Assembly: GCA_002269645.1 (NCBI GenBank)
Contig: NIVC01000717.1
Location: 310,001-374,000 of the forward strand
Reading direction: 5' to 3'
Source: Macrostomum lignano
Taxonomy: Eukaryota
DNA: 64,000 nucleotides
Numbering within the stretch: the first letter of the stretch is position 1; each line of letters starts with the position of its first letter. Under the pieces are notes generated by a model. The model saw only the letters and a program-made list of their open reading frames with translations, was not told where the DNA came from and made no database searches. Below, in pieces: positions 53,794 through 63,500 of the stretch. Position numbers and translations under genes: made by a program.

Positions 53794-54059
53794 GAGTAAA
53801 ATAATGTTCTTAGTAATTTAATGCCTGGTTCTGTATACAAGGGGGAAAGGTGCTCGCTCTAAAGTGGGAATCGTGGCCAAGTCTTCTCTCTTGTCTGGTC
53901 CTCTCTTTTCCTCTTCTGTGGGATCGTATCGGTGCGCTTATAAAAGTTATTTTAGATTTCGAGGGCAGTTAAAGTCTAGTTTAGTTGGAGGAGTGGATAG
54001 AGAAAAGGAAAGGTAGGAAGGACCGGCCATTTCCTAAATGGGCCCCCATCGCGTTCTCG

Positions 54060-54235
54060 ATTAGGCGGGGTTGGCTGGATCGGGGGGTGGTTGGGGTTGA
54101 GGGGGCGGGGGCCCGCACGTTGTGCGCGAGGCTCTTACCCCAGCCCATCCTTCTGGCCTGTATTGAGCTTTGGCCTCGTGAGGGGAATGGGTTGGGGCAG
54201 GGGGGGGGTGGGGTGGGTGATATCGGGGGTGATGC
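54060..54235 (-). promoter_or_regulatory. G-rich putative proximal promoter of the orphan gene (GC boxes, G-quadruplex-forming tracts)
   Basis: GGGGCGGGG and GGCGGGG boxes and multiple G3+ runs 270-440 bp upstream of the ATG. Confidence 0.4.
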
Positions 54236-55189
54236 TGGCGCCCCCACTTCAGATCAATTATATTGACTACTACTACTCTAAACTAATGTGTCCCCAGATG
54301 TGTGCGCGTGAACTGGCGGCGTTGTGACTAAATCGAAAATGCAAATTAGACATTGAAGGTCGTGTAATTTAATCATGGAGCCTGTTTTTACTAATTATAT
54401 TAAATGAAAACCACTAGAGAACATTTTTAATTCTGTAGTAAGTCGCTTGAAGTGCGCCATTGACTTCAACTGGCAAATTGCCAAAATTAGACCTAGGTAG
54501 TTTTTATTCCACATCTATTTAAAAACCAATAAAAATCGATCTCTAAAAAGCTGTCAAAACGCTTCTTAAGTCTCTTGAGCAAACAATCCCACCGATAAGA
54601 GGTATAAATAACGGATCAATCAATATCGCGGATGAAACCCCCAACACATCTGTCAAAACAAAAATGATGACATTGACATGCATGCAGGGTTATAAATAAA
54701 AATTTGGGAAAACTTTCAACTTATCAAAAAAACACCCCAAGTAACGCTCGTAGGTCCGCTTTTGTTGCCTTCCCAAAGCTTCTGAGCGATGCAACGAGGC
54801 AGATAAGGGTATTTTTTGTTGCTAAGGCTAAGCCCAAGAAGAACCTGAAAAAGCCAATAAACGATGCCTCCATGGTTGCTAAGAGCCCAGCCGCGAGTTG
54901 TATTCTCTATCAATTTTATTGTCAGTTCAGTTCGGCTTTAAGAAACCCATTTTAGACAGACCTGGGTAAAGGGAAGCACTATAAAGCCTAGTAGCAATCT
55001 TTACAGTAATAAAGGCGATTGCCGATTGGCGATCTTCAACTGAATCTTCTCCGTCATATTAAGAGACAAGGGGAGTTATGAGGACAAATGGGATTAGTCA
55101 GAGACTGAGTTGGCGCTGTGGGTGAGTTAGCGCTGTTGGTAAGTTGGCGCCGTGAGTAAATTGGAACCGTGGGTGAGTTGGAACTGTGA

Positions 55190-55612
55190 GCGAGTGACTT
55201 GGCGCCGTGAGATAGAGACTTGGCGCCGTGAGATAGAGACTTGGCGCCGTGAGATAGAGACTTGGCGCCGTGAGATAGAGACTTGGCGCCGTGAGGGAGA
55301 AAGCGGGCGCCATGAGGGAGAGACCTGTCGCTGTGAGTGAGTGACTTGGCGCCGTGATGGAGTGACTTGGCGCCGTGATGGAGTGACTTGGCGCCGTGAT
55401 GGAGTGACTTGGCGCCGTGATGGAGTGACTTGGCGCCGTGATGGAGTGACTTGGCGCCGTGATGGAGTGACTTGGCGCCGTGATGGAGTGACTTGGCGCC
55501 GTGATGGAGTGACTTGGCGCCGTGATGGAGTGACTTGGCGCCGTGATGGAGTGACTTGGCGCCGTGATGGAGTGACTTGGCGCCGTGATGGAGTGACTTG
55601 GCGCCGTGATCC
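55190..55612. repeat. 21-bp minisatellite (GACTTGGCGCCGTGATGGAGT)n
   Basis: Directly visible. Confidence 0.93.
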
Positions 55613-56027
55613 AGATGCAGAACTAGATGCATGGCTAAAGGATTGCTCACCTTATTTTTGATTGTATACTATTATACGTAACCAACCATTTTTTGTGCTT
55701 GGCTTAGCAACTAGCGAAAAACTAAAAAAAGCAAAAAAGAAAATAGTGATTGATATATTTGTATATTTATACGTAAAAAAGCCTATCAGACAAGGATATA
55801 ATTAGCATACATAATATCGAGCACATCTGTTTTCCCACGGACCTCGACATCACCCATCATATAATTATCAACCTTTCCATCAAAGAAGGCCATTGTTATT
55901 ACAGACAACCAAGCTACTCAATACGTCATCATTATATTTTGACAGCTGCTTACATTAGCTTAGTAACTAAAATGTACAATTTCATACTGTAATAATGATT
56001 GCTTATGAATGCCGAATAACAGAACGC

Positions 56028-57420
56028 CAATCTCAGTAGCTTAAGGGCGCCAATCTCAGTAGCTTAAGGGCGCCAATCTCAGTAGCTTAAGGGCGCCAAT
56101 CTCAGTAGCTTAGGGGCGCCAATCTCAGTAGCTTAAGGGCGCCAATCTCAGTAGCTTAGGGGCGCCAATCTCAGTAGCTTATGGGCGCCAATCTCAGTAG
56201 CTTAGGGGCGCCAATCTCAGTAGCTTATGGGCGCCAATCTCAGTAGCTTAGGGGCGCTAATCTCAGTAGCCTAGGGGCGCCAATCTCAGTAGCTTAGGGG
56301 CGTCAATCTAAGCAGCTAAGGGGTGCCAGTTTCAGAAATCTCAGTAGCTTAGGGGCGCCAATCTCAGCGATCTCAGTAGCTTAGAGGCACCAATCTCAGT
56401 AAGCTTAGGGGCGCCAATCTCAGCAATCTCAGTAGCTTAGAGGCACCAATCTCAGTAGCTTATGGGCGCCAATCTCAGTAGCTTAGGGGCGCCAATCTCA
56501 GTAGCTTATGGGCGCCAATCTCAGTAGCTTAGGGGCGCTAATCTCAGTAGCCTAGGGGCGCCAATCTCAGTAGCTTAGGGGCGTCAATCTAAGCAGCTAA
56601 GGGGTGCCAGTTTCAGAAATCTCAGTAGCTTAGGGGCGCCAATCTCAGCGATCTCAGTAGCTTAGAGGCACCAATCTCAGTAAGCTTAGGGGCGCCAATC
56701 TCAGCAATCTCAGTAGCTTAGAGGCACCAATCTCAGTAGTTTAGGGGCGCCAATCTCAGCAATCTAAGCAGTTTAGGGGCACCAATCTCAGAAATCTCAG
56801 TAGCTTAGGGGCGCCAATCTCAGCAATCTCAGTAGCTTAGGGGCGCCAATCTCAGCAATCTCAGTAGCTTAGGGGCGCCAATCTCAGTAGCTTAGGGGCG
56901 CCAATCTCAGTAGCTTAGGGGCGCCTATCTCAGTAGCCTAGGGGCGTCAATCTAAGCAGCTTAGGGGCGCCAATCTCAGAAATCTCAGTAGCTTAGGGGC
57001 GCCAATCTCAGTAGCTTAGGGGCGCCAATCTCAGTAGCTTAGGGGCGCCAATCTCAGTAGCTTATGGGCGCCAATCTCAGTAGCCTAGGGGCGTCAATCT
57101 AAGCAGCTTAGGGGCGCCAATCTCAGAAATCTCAGTAGCTTAGGGGCGCCAATCTCAGTAGCTTAGGGGCGCCAATGTCAGTAGCTTAGGGTTAGGAGCG
57201 CCGATTTAAGAAGATTAGGGGCGCCGATTAAAGTAGCTTAGGAGCGCCAAACTCAGTAGCTTAGGGCCGCCATGGACGCCAATGTCAGTAGCTAGGGTTA
57301 GGGGCGCTAATGTCAGTAGCTGAGGGTTAGGGGCGCCAATGTCAGTAGCTTAGGGTTAGGGGCGCCAATGTCAGTAGCATAGGGGCACCAATCCCACCAA
57401 ATTCAATAGCTTAGGGGCGC
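56028..57420. repeat. 23-24-bp minisatellite (GGCGCCAATCTCAGTAGCTTAGG)n with higher-order duplication
   Basis: Directly visible. Confidence 0.93.
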
Positions 57421-57964
57421 AAATCTCAGTAAAGTAAACATAAATATTTAACAATTGTCTGTTAAAAGATCTGCCACAAATGATTATCCTCAGCTGTTTT
57501 AGCGAGTTTTAGACGCAAAGCACTAGCGGCAGTGAGCAGTCATGGAGATGATACCCTATAATTAGCACATAAATATTATTATCTGTCAGCGTCATTAATT
57601 TTTATTTCGAAAATATGGCATGGCAGATTAGCACCTTCTATTCACAGTTGGGGTGGTGAGTGAAATTTGTTTATTGCACCTGGCATTAATGTGATGCTTC
57701 TCACAGATTGTGGTTTTATCGCACCTGCCTCTTATTATCGCCTTGACCAAAATCAACAAACCCTATGACCTATATGAGATATTGCAAGCGTAATACAAAA
57801 TAAAATATTGTTTAATAATCTGGTAAATGAAATGGAAATTATATTTAGTTGCCATTGGAAAAGCTGCTGAAGCAAACAGTACAACACGTAACAAACAAGA
57901 CACATTTCAGTCTCATCCTCTGCCTGGGTCAGTATTCCTCTCTGACCCATCGTTGGGATAGGAC

Positions 57965-58085
57965 AGTCTCACTTGCTGCCTCATCAACTCCTTGGGTCAG
58001 CCTCACTTGCAACCTCATCAATTAGTTGGATCAGACTCACTTATAACCTCATCAACTGGTTGGGTCAGCCTCACCTGTAAGTCCG
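57965..58085. repeat. Degenerate about 34-bp repeat (CTCACTTGCAACCTCATCAACTGGTTGGGTCAGC), 3-4 copies
   Basis: Visible degenerate units. Confidence 0.7.
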
Positions 58086-58764
58086 TAACCTCACCAACAA
58101 CTTAGGGTTCATGAGGCAATTCTTTCCTGCCCATATCAGAACCCGTCTTTTAACAACTCGAAGCAGTTCAAGCCAAAATGCAATTGTGACCAACCAGCAA
58201 GACAAAGTTGCTCGCTAAATAAAAGCAGAGTACTACTCGTATACCATACGGCATACAATCGTAAGTGTAAACAAACTTGGATATTTATGAATTGTAATAC
58301 GAAAAATTCGAAGACTGCATGACAAACAATAAATTTATGATCTGCATGGCAGCTTATATAGCAAAAGTTGCTTATATTTTACAACTTTTTAAAGCAGATT
58401 TTCTACTTTGATTTCAAACGACCTTAAGCGATTCCGTGGGTGGGATTTCCTGTTGTCTGCAACTCGAGGACTTCTGAAGGGAATTCATAATTTATATACA
58501 ATCTGCTATATAGTTTATAACCCACAAAATGAGTAACCAAACTAACTATATAGCTGTGTGCTGGCCCTGACCAGCTGTTTAATGCTAGCATAATAATCAT
58601 ACAAGCTGGTATTACAGTGCAGGTGGGAACCTCTATAAACCTGTATTTTAAAAGAGTAAATAAAAGGGATGAATCCCGGAATGCAGCTTGTGGGAACAAA
58701 GATGAGTAATGCCTGATCCTTGGATTGAGAGAAAATGCACAGTGAATAGAGAATGTTTTGTTGT

Positions 58765-58971
58765 GGAAATCAGTAATTGTGCTTCAGGGCGCCAAAATAT
58801 AGCGCCTGCTTGCGGCGCCAAAATGAGCGCTTGCCTGCGGCGCCAAAATGAGCGAATACCTGCGGCGCCAAAATGAGCGCTAACAAAACAAGTTCTTAAA
58901 ATAATGTAACATTTCTTGGCTTCGTCACCCCACCCCCCTCCCCCCCAAAAAAACCGACGGTGACGCCCTTG
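58765..58971 (+). mobile_element. Truncated, diverged copy 4 of the hAT-type MITE (3 repeat units)
   Basis: GAAATCAGTAATTGTGCTTCAGG...ATATAGCGCCTG matches the subterminal region of copy 2; right end GTGACGCCCTTG; left TIR not found. Confidence 0.65.
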
Positions 58972-58984
58972 CGATTCAGAGAAT

Positions 58985-59245
58985 GTCAGAGTGACAGAGA
59001 ATGTGAGAGCGAGGAATATGAAAGTGAGTGAGAATGTGAGAGTGAGTGAGAATGTGAGAGTAAGTGAGAATGTGAGAGTGAGTGAGAATGTGAGAGTGAG
59101 TGAGAATGTGAGAGTAAGTGAGAATGTGAGAGTGAGTGAGAATGTGAGAGTGAGTGAGAATGTGAGAGCGAGGAATATGAGAGTGAGTGAGAATGTGAGA
59201 GCGAGGAATATGAGAGTGAGTAAGAATGTGAGAGCGAGGAATATG
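58985..59245. repeat. 18-bp minisatellite (GAGTGAGTGAGAATGTGA)n, interrupted by the LTR element
   Basis: Directly visible; the last unit GAGCGAGGAATATG abuts TGTAGAG at 59246. Confidence 0.9.
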
Positions 59246-60158
59246 TGTAGAGAGTTATTAGACCATACCGTAATGCTCTACTTAAAGTAATATTCTAAGG
59301 AAGTCAATTTCTTTCAAAATGAGTCATATCTATTTTAGGAATCACGCGCAAACAGAATGATTTAGAACCCTACATTGTTTGATCAAGGAACCGGATTTCA
59401 ACAGCTGTATTTGTTTAACTCCATATATGGTAATGCTCAAACATGCATGACCGCTTAATCAAACATTTTTGACCTAAGTAAATACCCAATCCCAAACCGG
59501 TTTTTCTCCAAAATTTTGCTATAAATATAAGTGAAAATTCAAGTCAAAAATTCAGACTCGGAGCGGTCTCTAAGAAGACACCGAAGAAATAAGAAGACCA
59601 ATCTCTGAGGGACCATCCCTGTCCAATTGGTAAGCGTTTACCCGATTTAGTTAATTGTTAATAGCGCTAATAAAGTGATTGATTGAGTATACGAGAGCAG
59701 TTCATTGTCGATACATTTGAGAAAGGCCTCCTTGTTTCCTAGGATATTCCTAGAGGATTTATTGATTTAATTGAGTTATCCGTTACGTTTCGGACGTAAC
59801 GAAGAAGCCGCCCTTCAGGAGGACCTATCACAGAAAATTAGAGAATTCAATTGTTCATTAGGGCGCAAGTTCTATTGTGAATTCCGAGCTCGAGGACCGT
59901 TAAGAAGTTCTGATTCGCTCTCGTTTGGTCGACCCACAGATAAAGGACACCAAAGAAAAACAGTGGTTCACCGGAACCGGTCGCCGTAACCGCTCAGCAA
60001 GCTTGCTATCCCGACGCGCCACAGAACTCCACCGGCTGCCGACCCCAAGAGGATCCGCTGAAGTAAGTTATTTGAACTGATAAATACCTAGGCACTTGTT
60101 CCCCCGTGTCTAGAAGTGGGAGTTTTTGAGTGACTGATCACCACTCTTAAACTCTTCA
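59246..60158 (+). mobile_element. Candidate 5' LTR of a Ty3/Gypsy-like element
   Basis: TG start (TGTAGAGAGTT) and CA end (AACTCTTCA) form imperfect inverted termini; TATAAATA at 59520-59527, AATAAA at 59669-59674; followed 2 nt later by a PBS. The partner LTR is outside the window, so the left boundary is inferred. Confidence 0.6.
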
Positions 60159-60160
60159 AC

Positions 60161-60180
60161 TGGTGATCTCGCCCAGGCTC
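60161..60180 (+). promoter_or_regulatory. Primer-binding site, tRNA-Val-like (TGGTGATCTCGCCCAGGCTC)
   Basis: The reverse complement GAGC-CTGGG-CGAGATC-A-CCA has the layout of a tRNA 3' end (T-loop end, T-stem, acceptor stem, discriminator, CCA). The isotype is inferred from recalled invertebrate tRNA-Val acceptor stems. Confidence 0.7.
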
Positions 60181-60524
60181 AAGCGCTACCAGGCTAGATC
60201 GCTGAAAGTACTTTGACACAAGTCCTTTGCGCAAATTTTTCTGAACTTTTTACCGAACCGCCATTGTTTGCATAGAGACCCTTTGATTCTTCGTGCACCG
60301 TTTTATACTTTTGTTAAATTTGCGAATATCCTATCTCAATTTCTTTCTTTGGTAAAGGCAACACAGAATTTTTTTTGCCCCCGTGTCCATTTTCCTTTCT
60401 TCCTTTAAGTAAATAAGAGCTTGCACACACACACAACACTTGTTCGCCACTTTGAAAGTCCAATCTGGAAAATCCTTTGGAAATTGATCCAGATCTGGTC
60501 CTCTTGCCGTTCCCATTTGAAAAT

Positions 60525-63500
60525 ATGGCTCGAAGAAACCCTACAGTGCATCGCGATGTCAAGGAAACTGTTGGAATGTATACCATGGATAAAGATTTTA
60601 ACACCTTCATTGAACACTTCGACCTTGTAACTCGCGAATACGGACTACAAAATCCAGAAAAGGCACTTCTTCTTCCTCCACTGTTAGAAGGTACTGCTCG
60701 AGAAATTTATGGCAAACTAAATGCCGCCGCACAGCAAGACTATCATACTTTAGTTACACAACTGAGAGCACAATTCGCCAGATGTGGAACCAATCGATCT
60801 GTGCTTCTACACAAACTTCATAATCGAAAAATGAGTCCGACGGAATCCTTCCTTACTTTCGTCGATGACGTCCGCAAAATTATTAAAGCGTTGCACCAGC
60901 CACCACCACCGAACCCAGGAGCTCAGCCTATCGGACCAGCAGAACTAGCTGCACGAGAAAGACAACGCCTTGCTGACCAAGAACAAAGCCTAATCCTCCA
61001 TGTCATTAATAATGCTCAACCTTCGCTGCGAGACAGGTTGTTAAGAGAAACCATTGAGACAGAGGAACAATTAATTCGTTGCGGCATGCAATGGGAAGCA
61101 AGTGCCCCACTCCTGACTTCTCGTAGTAGTGATACGACACAATTGGGAGAACAATTGAGCAAACTCATGCAGCAGTACCAAACTTCTGCAATCATGCCAC
61201 AGCGACAGAGATACGCTCCGCCACCCACTTGTTACACCTGTGGAAGAATTGGTCATTACGCCAGAGACTGCCGATCACGTGGCAATCCAAGACAATATAA
61301 TGACAACAGAAGAAAAAATTGGACTCGTCCTCAAAATCGCAATTGGAACCCACCACAGAATAGACAAGGAAATGCCTTGGTACCTTATCGACAACAAAGA
61401 AATCCTCCTCCTCCAAGACAGCCTACTCAGGTCCGCAGACAATATGCTCAAGCTATTGAACCGGAATACACTCAAGTCATCGAACCAGAGTTTAAGATAG
61501 AGGATCTTATGCCGGATTTCACAATCAATGTCCTTGAGGAGTTTGAAAGACGAAAAGATAGCACAAGCAGCGAAAGTAGCTGCATGATGGATTCTCTGTT
61601 TGAAGAAGATCCACCCATTCCTACCTCTTCTAAAGCAAGTCCAGTCTTCCGAGAAAACAAAAGACAACAACAAACTATTTCTAAGCAACAAAGCAATCTA
61701 TTTAAAGTTCCGACGATCGACAATCTTTCGGAAACTCACCGAGATGACAATTTCCAGGATCGTAAAGAAATGACAACACTTGAAGAAGACAGAGATCCAG
61801 CAACTTCTCAAAACATCTTTGAAGAAAGCGTTGACATGTTGCAGGTCCTAGTCGACGATATAGACCTGTCAGAAACACCTCCAACACAGGAACCAGACTA
61901 TGAAAATATTGTCTCCCCTAGTCCAGTCCACGAAAAATGGAAACATGACAAGGCCACGAACACACAATCTAACCATTCGACAGATGAAAAGTTCGTACAG
62001 ACGGAGGATGACACATATGTTTCAATGAACCTAGACTATGAAAGCGAATATGATGAACCGATAACAATAATGGAACCGGTTAACACTCCAACTGATGAGA
62101 ATACAACTACACATCTTACCAATATATCAAAATCAACCAACTTTATGCGTCCGATGTTGCAATCGCAGCCACCCACACCATTACCATGTTCCAACAAATG
62201 GCACTTTTCGACTCGCCTTACTCCTCCGCCGTATCCTGAAGATAGTCATGACGAGATTGAAGACACTCCACCAGTACCAACAAGACGAAAGAAAAAACAT
62301 CCGCTACTGCAATGCTTCCTCACGATCTTGATGATGGCAATTGTTCCCACGGTACTGCCGTCTCCATCTCCAATGATCTGTCCCACTGATGGAGACATCC
62401 AGCCAGTCATTTACAAGATTCCTACGGAAATCAAATGCAGTTACTTTAAGACAAACCAAACCAAGCCACTACCACTAACTATTGAAATATACAAAGCAAA
62501 TACAAAGAAGCATCGACAAATGGGAATTGTGTGCTTCCGAGACAAGGATGAAATTGAAAAGGTTTGGCTGGTACAATGGAACCGAATCAGGTATTGGCAA
62601 ACTTCGATGATGGTATCACAAGAAGAATGCTTTCGGTGGAATCAAACTCTGTTTTCCGAAGATGGTCAATTAAAACTTCATGAGACGTCCGCCAGCGGAG
62701 CACAGCTATTTCGCACAAAAAATGTAGCCGATGGAAGATATGTCCATTATCATCAATCACGATGGCCTACATACTCAGTCTACAATAGCTACCTCATCCG
62801 AAATGTTTTATTCTACCACAATCCATTTGACAACATGGAATCCTTACAGCTACCACTCGACCAGTGTCACTACAGCTCTGGATATTGTTCTACCCCTAAC
62901 TACAACAAAGAAGAAGCTCAAAATTTACCCCTAGCACCGACTTATTTCCACGACTATCGATACCAAATTGAATACAGATCGGATTCCCGCTATGAGGAGC
63001 CTAGCCGAACCCGCAAATATTTCATTGCATGGGAAGTTAAAACTGAAATTGACTGCAAGCTACAAAAATATCACACTGTTAAAGGAAAATTGCTATCTAA
63101 CACCTTCCTTGCCGACTCAGGAGATCTCGCTCTTACATTTCCTAAGCAACCAAGCTACACACACTTGAAATGTAAAGACAAGGACGAGCAACTAATCCTC
63201 TCCGACCAAGAAATACCAATCGTGCTTAAGGATATGGATAAGAATGTGTTCCTGAAAGTAGTAAATGGAACCTATCAGAGAAAAGATGTCATAGAACGAC
63301 ATAAGCGAGACCTACCTAAGCCTTCTCTAGTATCAGCACGACTTCTGGCAGCAAAACTAGCCGCCATGGAACATAAGCTACATAAGCAACTGAACTATCT
63401 GCATCGATCCATGGTCAAACTAACGTGCCGAATGCACGAAACCAGCCTGAATTACGCAAGACAGAACTATTATGTCAATCCCACGACGACCTTTAGGAAA

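Noticed and set aside
59700-59720. Alternative LTR end at ...GATACA (59715), matching a TGTA start
   Set aside because: Not followed by a TGG PBS; the CA at 60158 is followed by a convincing 20-nt PBS.
60106-60121. GTGTCTAGAAGTGGGA resembling a tRNA-Leu PBS (TGGTGTCAGAAGTGGGA)
   Set aside because: It lacks the initial TGG, has an insertion and is not adjacent to a CA terminus; likely chance or vestigial.
60314-63168. Short ORFs listed in the track over the retroelement
   Set aside because: They are off-frame or antisense fragments overlapping the real uninterrupted ORF that starts at 60525.
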